Virus record (IMG/VR): IMGVR_UViG_2513237219_000007 | Span: 1-37,503 of that record | Length of the DNA: 37,503 bases | Direction: 5' to 3' (one strand) | Source: a virus | Taxonomy: Duplodnaviria; Heunggongvirae; Uroviricota; Caudoviricetes | Part shown: positions 28,498 to 37,503 of the stretch, piece after piece | How positions within the stretch are numbered: position 1 is the first letter of the stretch | Layout of the letters: each line of letters starts with the position of its first letter | Program-made: the position numbers and the translations under genes | Notes under the pieces: model-generated | The model's input: only the letters and a program-made list of their open reading frames with translations | Databases searched by the model: none | What the model was told of the DNA's origin: nothing

Positions 28498-29276
28498 TCA
28501 GAAACTGAAGGTGGGCGAACAGCTTCAATTGCACCTTTTAAAATTGCGCAACGGTTTTTCAGAATGACAGCTTTCAGCTCCTTTTCCGTCAGATTGCGCG
28601 AATACTCAGCCTCCTGAATAGCCCGCGTAAGCTCAGGATATTTGCTATTAAATTTGGGGACATTGCAGGCAAGATTTGTACTGTCGGCAGTCGCCAGTGG
28701 GTAATTTCCCAACACACGACCGTCAAGCATGCGCAAACCATGAACAGCTGTTTTGAAATTGTGTCGGCAATAAATTGCTTCAAAAGCGTCCTGCATACGA
28801 CGATGCCAGTGCGCAGTTCTGATAGCCGCATATTCACCAGACGATCCAAAACAGACACGAGGCCATTCACGACATAGCTCGATAAGCCGATCGATTGACT
28901 CGTGCAGATGCCAGACGGGAGTTGCCTTCCCGTAGAACATTTTCGGAACTTCGTTTATCAGGGCATCATTGTCACGTTCACCGCCGTCCACAACATCAGG
29001 AATGACAAAAAAAGCGACCTTAGGATGGTGGTAATAGTTCAGGAGCCATTTATAAAAATCACTCCAGTTAATTTTTAGCCCACGCACCCATGCAGAAAAT
29101 GCGCCGTTATCAATGCCGACGACCTGAGCGTGCTGAATGGACGCCGCAATCTGATCTGGTCGTACATAGGAGACGAAAGCGCCAGCTCCGCTCACCGCAA
29201 TACGATGAACTTCGCCAGCACTTCCCCAGACAGGCGTCCCATGGAAATGATGAATTCCGTGGTGCATTTCTTTCAC
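28446..29276 (-). CDS. Hypothetical protein, translationally coupled to Dam methyltransferase
   Basis: 276-aa ORF whose start overlaps the dam stop by 4 nt; no family recognised. Confidence 0.5.
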   Translation of the reverse strand: MKEMHHGIHHFHGTPVWGSAGEVHRIAVSGAGAFVSYVRPDQIAASIQHAQVVGIDNGAFSAWVRGLKINWSDFYKWLLNYYHHPKVAFFVIPDVVDGGERDNDALINEVPKMFYGKATPVWHLHESIDRLIELCREWPRVCFGSSGEYAAIRTAHWHRRMQDAFEAIYCRHNFKTAVHGLRMLDGRVLGNYPLATADSTNLACNVPKFNSKYPELTRAIQEAEYSRNLTEKELKAVILKNRCAILKGAIEAVRPPSVSDWLSNGLQPSQLELEIA

Positions 29277-30127
29277 ACTTGCACCCCGAAAATAACAGTA
29301 GAGTCACGTCCCCTACTAAAATCGGCACTAAACCAATTAGCAGATTTAGTGGCAATCATCTCTGTTGCAAATTTTCCCTCCCCCGCTGCAACGCCGATGC
29401 TGCGTTTCGCCCTGATGTAGTGGTGAGTGAAATTACGATAAAGAGACCGGGTCAAAGACGTGTCACTGTTAGAAACAATGACCGGATGTCCTTCAGATGC
29501 TCGATGTTCAAGAACGGATGCCAGGTGATACTGGTCATCTTCAGTGAAACCATCAGTGTGATAGCCGGAAAACGTACCGTCATACGGCGGATCGCAATAC
29601 ACCACATCCCCCGCCTTCAACATCGCCAGCGTTTCATCAAAGCTGGCGCAGATAAACGTTGCCCGCTGGGCTTTTTCTGCAAATGCGCGAATTTCTTTTT
29701 CAGGGAAATACGGATTTTTATAATTACCGTAGGGAATGTTGAAATGCCCGCTCTTGTTATAGCGACATAAACCACGGTAACCGTGACGATTGAGATACAG
29801 GAAATATACCGCTTTCATGAAATCAGTAATTTCAGTGGAGTAATTAAACTCCTGCCTTATGTTGTAATAAGCCACCTCCCTGTTTGCGATCTCAAATAAA
29901 ACTCTGGCGCGAGATATAAACGATTCACAATCAGCGGCAACCTTTTTATAGAGGTTGATTAAATCAGGATTAATATCCGCAACCAGATAGCTGGGGTAAT
30001 CCGTCTCCATCATCACAGCACAGGAACCCGCGAAAGGTTCAACCAGTCGCGGGCCAGCAGGAAGGTGTTTTTTCAGTTCGGACATAATGGCGGTTTTATT
30101 TCCCGCCCATTTCAGGATGGTGCTCAT
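29273..30127 (-). CDS. dam: DNA adenine methyltransferase (Dam family)
   Basis: ILKWAGNK (AdoMet-binding motif) and DPPY catalytic motif; start taken as the internal ATG forming an ATGA overlap with the upstream gene. Confidence 0.85.
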   Translation of the reverse strand: MSTILKWAGNKTAIMSELKKHLPAGPRLVEPFAGSCAVMMETDYPSYLVADINPDLINLYKKVAADCESFISRARVLFEIANREVAYYNIRQEFNYSTEITDFMKAVYFLYLNRHGYRGLCRYNKSGHFNIPYGNYKNPYFPEKEIRAFAEKAQRATFICASFDETLAMLKAGDVVYCDPPYDGTFSGYHTDGFTEDDQYHLASVLEHRASEGHPVIVSNSDTSLTRSLYRNFTHHYIRAKRSIGVAAGEGKFATEMIATKSANWFSADFSRGRDSTVIFGVQV

Positions 30128-30351
30128 ACAGCACCTCCGTTGTAATGTTTGCCTTTCAGTTCTGCGATTTCCTGACAGGTAATGCAAAGCTGCACACCCG
30201 GAATGGCACGGCGGCGTGCTGGCGGAATTGGCGCTTCACACTCAACGCAAAGCACGCGGGACACGCCCGGCGTTTTGGCACGGGCAACACGGATATGACG
30301 TTGGCGTTCTTCTTCAACTCGCTGCTGTACGAGATCCATTGCATCAGCCAT
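30124..30351 (-). CDS. TraR/DksA-family C4 zinc-finger protein
   Basis: 75-aa ORF with CVEC...(17)...CITC. Confidence 0.7.
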   Translation of the reverse strand: MADAMDLVQQRVEEERQRHIRVARAKTPGVSRVLCVECEAPIPPARRRAIPGVQLCITCQEIAELKGKHYNGGAV

Positions 30352-30590
30352 CAGTGGATCTCCTGCGCTTCGTTCTGGATTGCTTCAGCAGTCACACGCA
30401 GCAGTTCTGCCGCTTCGACGTGGTTTAGTTGGCGGGATGTGATATGACACGCCAGGCTATCAAGGCGAGCTGCCATTGCTTCAGCCCTTGCCCGGCGTTC
30501 TTCCAGACGAGCCTCTGTCAGTAAAATATTAAGCCCTGCATCATCCGGTCCGGTTTTAGTCGTGAGGGTTTCAATATTACGCATAATCAA
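30351..30590 (-). CDS. Hypothetical early protein
   Basis: 79-aa ORF in the early lytic operon; coding-like spacing and orientation. Confidence 0.4.
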   Translation of the reverse strand: MIMRNIETLTTKTGPDDAGLNILLTEARLEERRARAEAMAARLDSLACHITSRQLNHVEAAELLRVTAEAIQNEAQEIH

Positions 30591-30651
30591 TTCTCCTGAA
30601 TTTAGATAAAGGGATGCCCGGCGGGTTTACGCCATTAATTTCATTAGTTGG

Positions 30652-30993
30652 TTAATTCGGCATGGTTAGCCGTCTGGGAAATAAGCTCACCACTGCACGA
30701 AAATGATTCATTGCTTTAATCAGCTCCCGCTTTTCGTCAGTGGTCAGCTCATTAATGCTGATGCTATGACGTTCAGCTGGAATTTTTGCCATAAAGAATA
30801 TGGCAGCCAGTGCCCGTTTATTTTGTTCATTATTGATATCCCGTGGATCACGCATATCTTTAATAAACCGCTCAAGCTCTGACTCAATATTCAGGCCAAA
30901 TACTTTCGCCCTTAACTCCGCAATGTGATTAAGTCCATTCAGGCGTTCACCGGGGCTTAATGGAACAGTCGCCGCAGCGCCTTCAATAGCCAT
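30652..30993 (-). CDS. Hypothetical early protein
   Basis: 113-aa ORF in the early lytic operon downstream of cII. Confidence 0.4.
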   Translation of the reverse strand: MAIEGAAATVPLSPGERLNGLNHIAELRAKVFGLNIESELERFIKDMRDPRDINNEQNKRALAAIFFMAKIPAERHSISINELTTDEKRELIKAMNHFRAVVSLFPRRLTMPN

Positions 30994-31187
30994 TTGTTCC
31001 CCCGTTTTTTCGTTGATAGTTCTGCCAACAATTCATCTTGCGAACGGCACGGATGCCAGCGTTTACCATCCTCACCCATGATCCAGCCGTGACCGTAGTG
31101 CATTGCCGGACTTTGTTTTACCAGCAGCGATGCAAATGATGGTTCTTTCGTCAGCATAAGCACCTCACAGCAAACCGAATGAAGCAC
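30957..31187 (-). CDS. Hypothetical early protein (position of 186 fil/dhr-type genes)
   Basis: 76-aa ORF immediately downstream of cII; start uncertain. Confidence 0.35.
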   Translation of the reverse strand: MLHSVCCEVLMLTKEPSFASLLVKQSPAMHYGHGWIMGEDGKRWHPCRSQDELLAELSTKKRGNKWLLKALRRLFH

Positions 31188-31674
31188 CGAGGCCAGTTAC
31201 AGTATCAACTGCACTTGCCATCGCAGGATTAACCTGTAAACGGGCCTGCAATGAAACAGCAGCTAACGCCATCAGTCGTGTAACAGAGTTAATGCTGCTG
31301 ATAGCATCACGACGACCTGCACTGGTTTTTACATCGCCAGATACCGCACCTGCAGCTACACGCCCGATCTCTGCGGTTGCACTCATGACGTAATGTGGCA
31401 GTTTCTCTTTTGCCACCTCATTAATCGGTACACACGGCAGGCAGTGAATCTGTGCCAGAAAACCGTCTACCAGCGTTGAATCTTCCGTCAGATCGGTAAG
31501 TAGCCAGATATCTGGCGCATTGAGCTGATGCGGTTGATCTGGGTTGAGTTTGTTTCGCAGAGTCTGGACATTCATTCCTGCACGTTCTGCCAGCTTCGCC
31601 ATATTGTGACGAAGTGCAAAAGCTCTACAGGCTTCATCAAAATGCGGGTGTTTGGAAATCTTATAATCAAACAT
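31165..31674 (-). CDS. cII: CII-like lysogeny-establishment activator (186 CII family)
   Basis: 169-aa ORF, the same length as 186 CII; N-terminal HTH; located after apl. Confidence 0.7.
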   Translation of the reverse strand: MFDYKISKHPHFDEACRAFALRHNMAKLAERAGMNVQTLRNKLNPDQPHQLNAPDIWLLTDLTEDSTLVDGFLAQIHCLPCVPINEVAKEKLPHYVMSATAEIGRVAAGAVSGDVKTSAGRRDAISSINSVTRLMALAAVSLQARLQVNPAMASAVDTVTGLGASFGLL

Positions 31675-31706
31675 GCTACCCCCTTAGAAAGTTCTCATAA
31701 TTGAAC

Positions 31707-31949
31707 TTACTTACCAACAATGACGCGGAAGTTGGAATGACCGAGGGATTCACGGACCTGATCGGTTTTGTACATTAAATAACGCAGGCTTACGCGGCCT
31801 TTGTTTTTTTCTTTCTTGACCATGTATTTAGCAAGCTGACCATGGTGAATTTTTTGATACACGGAGCCGCGGGAGATACCTTCCCATTCCGCGAACTCAG
31901 CAGGCGTTGCCATCTCTTTTGGTACACGAATTGAAATATCAGTACTCAT
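31707..31949 (-). CDS. Apl/Cox-like excisionase/repressor (HTH)
   Basis: 80-aa ORF with HTH (AEFAEWEGISRGSVYQKIHHGQL), first gene of the lytic operon divergent from cI. Confidence 0.6.
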   Translation of the reverse strand: MSTDISIRVPKEMATPAEFAEWEGISRGSVYQKIHHGQLAKYMVKKEKNKGRVSLRYLMYKTDQVRESLGHSNFRVIVGK

Positions 31950-32065
31950 AGTGCAGTATCTCTTAGTTTGGTTTCGTTTTATCTTGTTTTATGTGGTTTG
32001 GTTTTGCTTTTCAAACCATGAATGGATATTAAGATCACTTTTTATATGCGTCAAGAGGTTTGATT
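31950..32065. promoter_or_regulatory. Immunity switch region (lytic pR and CI operators expected)
   Basis: AT-rich 116-bp region between divergent apl and cI containing repeated TGGTTTGG / TTTCAAACCA motifs. Confidence 0.4.
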
Positions 32066-32698
32066 ATGAGTTTAATCAAGGCGGGGAATGATAGTGGTGG
32101 GCGCGATGCGATTAATAGGCTTATTAAGGCTTACAACTTCAGCTCACGACAGCAGCTCTGCGAACATCTGGAAGTATCAAAAAGCACTATGGCTAACAGA
32201 TACTTAAGGGATAGCTTTCCTGCCGAATGGGTAATCCAATGTGCCCTTGAAACAGGAGCTTCCCTTCTATGGCTGGCTACTGGTCAAGGAGATATGTATG
32301 CGTGTGAGAACGAAGAAACAAATCTCAAAAATGAACCTCCCGTCACTGTAAGACCACTTTCTAAGATCGTTGCTCCTAGCATCAAACGTGTTGAACTGAA
32401 GAACGGCGAACTGCAGCCAAGTGATGAAATTCTTCTTGATAGCAGCCTGCTCGATGGTGACTCATCCAACGCTTTATTTGTTAAAACAGCTAATGATAGC
32501 TTTGTAGTGGATACGTCTGTTAAACAAGTCAGTAATGGCTTCTGGTTAGTCGATATGGACGGAGTTAAAAGCATCGTCAAAATTGCGCGCATACCCGGAA
32601 ACAAAATAGTAGTTAACCAAGATGACACTTCATTTGAATGTTCTGTAGATGATGTGGAAGTCGTAGGACGTGCAGTCAAAGTAATCAAGAACCTCTAA
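32066..32698 (+). CDS. cI: CI immunity repressor (186 CI-type)
   Basis: About 210 aa; N-terminal HTH (CALETGASLLWLATGQG) and C-terminal LWLVDMDG...FEC..DD...GRAVKV, as in 186 CI; AAGAGG RBS before the ATG at 32066. Confidence 0.8.
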   Translation: MSLIKAGNDSGGRDAINRLIKAYNFSSRQQLCEHLEVSKSTMANRYLRDSFPAEWVIQCALETGASLLWLATGQGDMYACENEETNLKNEPPVTVRPLSKIVAPSIKRVELKNGELQPSDEILLDSSLLDGDSSNALFVKTANDSFVVDTSVKQVSNGFWLVDMDGVKSIVKIARIPGNKIVVNQDDTSFECSVDDVEVVGRAVKVIKNL

Positions 32699-32701
32699 CT
32701 T

Positions 32702-33742
32702 ATGACCATCAGAAAACAGCCGAACGGAAAATGGTTGTGTGAGTGCTATCCCAATGGACGCAATGGTAAGCGCGTGCGTAAGCAATTTGCTACCAAAGGC
32801 GAAGCCATTGCGTTTGAAAGCTTCACAATGGAAGAAGTGAACAAAAAACCATGGCTAGGGGAAAAGGAAGATCGGCGACATCTATCAGAATTAATTGAGC
32901 TGTGGTATTCCCTGTATGGTCAAACACTCGCAGACCCCAAGCGCCTCATGGCGAAACTTAGAATTATCTGTAATGGTCTAGGCGATCCCATCGCCTCAGA
33001 ACTGACAGCTGGTGAGTTTACGAAATACCGCGAAGCACGGTTAAAAGGTGAAGTACGAAATGAAGATGGCACGCTTATGTCGCCCGTTAAGCCCCGCACG
33101 GTAAATCTTGAACAGCGCAACCTATCATCTGTTTTTGGTACACTGAAAAAGCTGGGCCACTGGTCAGCCCCCAACCCGCTTGCTGGGCTGCCAACATTTA
33201 AAATTGCTGAGGGTGAATTGGCGTTCCTGACCCCGGAAGAAATTAAACGTCTGCTGGATGCCTGTGCTGATTCTCAAAGCCCCAGTCTGCTGATGATTGC
33301 AAAAATATGCTTGGCCACCGGCGCACGCTGGAGCGAAGCCGAAAACCTACAGAGTCATCAGGTATCAAAATACCGTATCACTTATACCAAGACTAAAGGA
33401 AAGAAAAACCGAACAGTGCCTATTTCAAAGGATTTATATGAAGAACTGCCTAAGAATAGGGGAAAATTATTTACACCTTGTAGGAAAGCTTTTGAACGTG
33501 CGGTAAAACGAGCTGGTATCGAGCTACCAGAAGGGCAATGCACACACGTATTACGACATACATTTGCAAGTCACTTTATGATGAATGGCGGAAACATACT
33601 GGTGCTGCGCGATATTCTGGGCCATGTCGATATAAAAATGACAATGATTTACGCCCACTTCGCTCCCGACCATCTGGAAGATGCTGTAACCAAAAATCCT
33701 CTTGCTAACCTTGGATGGAGAAAATTAGAAAGTGCTTGTTAA
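32702..33742 (+). CDS. int: Tyrosine integrase (P2/186 Int family)
   Basis: 346-aa ORF with the catalytic region HVLRHTFASHFMMNGGNILVLRDILGHVDIKMTMIYAH. Confidence 0.9.
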   Translation: MTIRKQPNGKWLCECYPNGRNGKRVRKQFATKGEAIAFESFTMEEVNKKPWLGEKEDRRHLSELIELWYSLYGQTLADPKRLMAKLRIICNGLGDPIASELTAGEFTKYREARLKGEVRNEDGTLMSPVKPRTVNLEQRNLSSVFGTLKKLGHWSAPNPLAGLPTFKIAEGELAFLTPEEIKRLLDACADSQSPSLLMIAKICLATGARWSEAENLQSHQVSKYRITYTKTKGKKNRTVPISKDLYEELPKNRGKLFTPCRKAFERAVKRAGIELPEGQCTHVLRHTFASHFMMNGGNILVLRDILGHVDIKMTMIYAHFAPDHLEDAVTKNPLANLGWRKLESAC

Positions 33743-33898
33743 TAACTATATCCAACAATACCCATGGATATCGTACTTACTTATCATAATATATTTTTTA
33801 TATATATGCCTTGAATTATATCTATGCGTATCAAAAAAAGGCTTTAACATGGATGAAAGGCCATTAACAAGTCAATACTTATTTAAACAATCACTTAG

Positions 33899-35093
<1,195 letters not shown>

Positions 35094-36063
35094 CTTAGGA
35101 TTCCTGTATTTTCAGCGATATACTTTGGTATATTTTCCTGGCTTGGACATTCCCCTCAATTTGATAGTGAGGGCTTTAATAATTTCATTGCAATTAGCAA
35201 GCTTCCTATCGCCTTACTTTCTTTGTCCATACCATTTGTTGCTGTCGTAGCAAACATACACCGCACAGTTCAAACAAACCGACAAATTGAGGAAACCAAG
35301 CAAAAGAATCTATCTGATAGCTACTATAGCCATCTAAAGTTCGTTACTGATTATTTCACCAATTTACCTAACAAAACCATTAAACGCGAACGTCATTATG
35401 GTACTAAAGAGATAAGTTATAAAATAAACTACCCAATACATCTATATAGATATATTTTCATAAATAGCTCACCAGAGAAGGGACGGCCTAAAAATACAGA
35501 TAAAGAGTACATACGTGAAGTAAATAATCACTGGGTTGATATACTAAAAAACCTAGAGAAGATACATTCATCTAATCGTGGCTCTCAGTTTGCCGAAGTT
35601 TTAATCCGTCAAATGCAATCTCTTCATTCAATAGAAAAACACTTATCCGAACTTAATCGAATGCTTTGCCTAACTCCCATGGAGTTAAATGAACATGCAA
35701 CTTTATACTTTGATGGATATGAAATGATTACTAACTTCATGTCCAGCATTGAACTTGGCGATACAATTGAAACCTACTTCAAATTTACCATTGATATTCT
35801 TGATATTACCGATAATTTCCTTTCATTCAAGGATGATGGCTCGTCTGGGCAAATCATTATACTAGCAAGATTACTGAAAGATAATAATCCAGCTATCTTT
35901 GATGAAATTGTAACAAACAAAGGGAAGGCTCAACCTTCGTTGACCTACAATGGCGACAGATTGGCGACAGAACATTAAAAATGAGTAAAACGGACAAACA
36001 CAAGATAATACTAACTTACTGATTTTAAACGCAAGTTAATGTTTTTGCTATAGTGAAAATGGT

Positions 36064-36108
36064 ATGTAGGAATTTCGGACGCGGGTTCAACTCCCGCCAG
36101 CTCCACCA
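36064..36108 (+). repeat. attR: displaced ssrA 3'-end copy (45 bp)
   Basis: Identical to 1016..1060; also serves as the att junction for the downstream P4-type-integrase element. Confidence 0.85.
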
Positions 36109-36144
36109 CTTTTTAGTTGTTTGAAGTACAATGAAGTCTACTAA

Positions 36145-36176
36145 GCCCGCACAGCACAAGCTCTGCGGGCTTTTTT
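36145..36176 (+). terminator. Rho-independent terminator (probably the ancestral ssrA terminator)
   Basis: GCCCGCA-loop-TGCGGGC followed by TTTTTT. Confidence 0.6.
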
Positions 36177-36273
36177 ACGTCTATTGTCGTCCAGTGAGAA
36201 TTGCTGAGAACTATCACTTATGGCACCCTGAATGGGACCCACTAAGAAGGGTCCAAAAACCGAGGGTCCCAAA

Positions 36274-37503
36274 ATGGCAAAAATCGCTAAGAAGCTCACT
36301 GACACTGAAATCAAAAGCACCAAGCCAGCCGACAAAGAAATCAACTTGTTTGACGGAGATGGTTTGATACTACGAATCGCTCCCCTCTCGAAAGGAGGAA
36401 AGAAGAATTGGTATTTCAGGTATGCAGTGCCAGTCAGTAAAAAAAGAACCAAAATGAGCCTTGGGACATATCCTCACCTTACACTGGCAAGAGCCAGAGC
36501 CTTACGAGATGAATACCTTTCCTTGCTTGCTAATGGCATTGATCCCCAAGTTCATAACAACGATAAAGCTAATGCCTTAAAGAATGCTACTGAACACACT
36601 CTCCAAGCCGTGGCAAGGAAATGGTTGGATGAGAAGGTAAAGACCTCAGGTATCTCACAAGACCATGCAGCAGACATCTGGCGCAGCTTAGAGAGAAATG
36701 TCTTTCCTGGCCTGGGTAATGTCCCTATCAATGAGATCCGACCTAAGATCTTAAAACAACACCTTGATCCTATTGAGCAACGAGGCGTATTGGAAACTCT
36801 ACGCCGCATCATTTCACGTCTGAATGAAATCTTCCGGTGGGCAGCCACTGAAGAACTTATTGAGTTCAATCCGGCTGACAACCTTGGTCAAAGATTCAGT
36901 AAACCAAAAAAGCAAAATATGCCTGCCCTTCCCCCAAGCGAATTGCCAAGGTTTATGGAATCTTTGACGAATGCGTCAATCCGGCTGGAAACACGTATGC
37001 TAATTGAATGGCAATTGTTGACATGGGTTCGTCCGGGTGAAGCCGTTCGCGCAAGGTGGTCTGATATTGATACAACCAACAACATTTGGAACATTCCTGC
37101 TGATTTTATGAAAATGAAAAAGCCTCACAAAGTTCCTTTGAGTAAAGAAGCTTTGCACATCCTTGAATTAATGAAATCAATAAGTGGGCATAGAGAATGG
37201 GTTTTCCCCAGCATTAAAGCGCCTCTTAATCATATGCATGAACAAACAGCCAACGCAGCTATTATCCGAATGGGGTTTGGAGGCGAACTTGTAGCTCACG
37301 GTATGCGTTCGATTGCAAGAACAGCGGCAGAGGAGTCTGGTAAGTTCAGAGCTGAAGTTCTTGAGGCAGCACTCGCCCACTCTAAAAAAGATGAAATTAT
37401 CGCAGCATACAATCGTGCAGAATATCTGATAGAACGACAGAGTTTGATGCAATGGTGGAGTGATTACGTTCAAACTCAAAGAGCTAAAGCTATCGCTGCT
37501 TGA
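36274..37503 (+). CDS. intA: P4-type tyrosine integrase (IntA-like) of a second ssrA-associated island
   Basis: MAKIAKKLTDTEIKSTKPADKEINLFDGDGLILRIAP...KRTKMSLGTYPHLTLARARALRDEYL resembles the E. coli CP4-57 IntA N-terminus; GAGGGT RBS; stop at the window end. Confidence 0.85.
   Translation: MAKIAKKLTDTEIKSTKPADKEINLFDGDGLILRIAPLSKGGKKNWYFRYAVPVSKKRTKMSLGTYPHLTLARARALRDEYLSLLANGIDPQVHNNDKANALKNATEHTLQAVARKWLDEKVKTSGISQDHAADIWRSLERNVFPGLGNVPINEIRPKILKQHLDPIEQRGVLETLRRIISRLNEIFRWAATEELIEFNPADNLGQRFSKPKKQNMPALPPSELPRFMESLTNASIRLETRMLIEWQLLTWVRPGEAVRARWSDIDTTNNIWNIPADFMKMKKPHKVPLSKEALHILELMKSISGHREWVFPSIKAPLNHMHEQTANAAIIRMGFGGELVAHGMRSIARTAAEESGKFRAEVLEAALAHSKKDEIIAAYNRAEYLIERQSLMQWWSDYVQTQRAKAIAA

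Noticed and set aside
35222-35281. Apparent one-base disagreement between my manual reading of the sequence text and the ORF-track frame for ORF 35223..35978
   Set aside because: Most likely my own mis-indexing at a line boundary; I used the ORF track coordinates and flagged the dependent reconstruction of the IS5-disrupted gene as needing recomputation.
36131-36452. Small ORFs (36131..36367 plus strand, 36141..36452 minus strand) between attR and the P4-type integrase
   Set aside because: They overlap the terminator hairpin and the integrase 5' region; the integrase start at 36274 with its RBS explains the coding signal.

Overview
The window opens with the host smpB gene and the tmRNA gene ssrA, followed by a nearly complete P2/186-family (Peduovirus-like) myovirus prophage of about 35 kb integrated into the 3' end of ssrA (45-bp direct repeats at 1016..1060 and 36064..36108). 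A second ssrA-targeting element starts at the right edge, with a P4-type integrase at 36274..37503, so this is a tandem island array at the tmRNA locus. The prophage carries ogr and the full P2-type tail, baseplate, lysis and capsid modules (D-U-T-E/E'-FII-FI, H-I-J-W-V, S-R-lysCBA-K-Y-X, L-M-N-O, then divergent P-Q), replication gene A, and a 186-type switch (CI, Apl, CII, Int) with a LexA-boxed tum/DinI-like SOS module. Accessory content includes a Hin/Gin-type invertase with an invertible tail-fibre segment, a Dam methyltransferase operon, a BRCT-domain gene next to attL, an IS5 copy inserted into an AT-rich membrane-protein gene next to attR, and an AT-rich 469-aa orphan gene between portal gene Q and the putative cos site. 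That orphan gene sits where P2 carries old/tin and is my best candidate for an undescribed defence or accessory system. Three genes (portal Q, tum-like, IS5 insH) each show a +1 frameshift at a short homopolymer, which may be assembly error or real decay. All protein identifications are from my own recognition of translated ORFs; no database searches were run. Coordinates of small sites may be off by a base or two; I found one local disagreement between my reading of the sequence text and the ORF track near 35222..35281.
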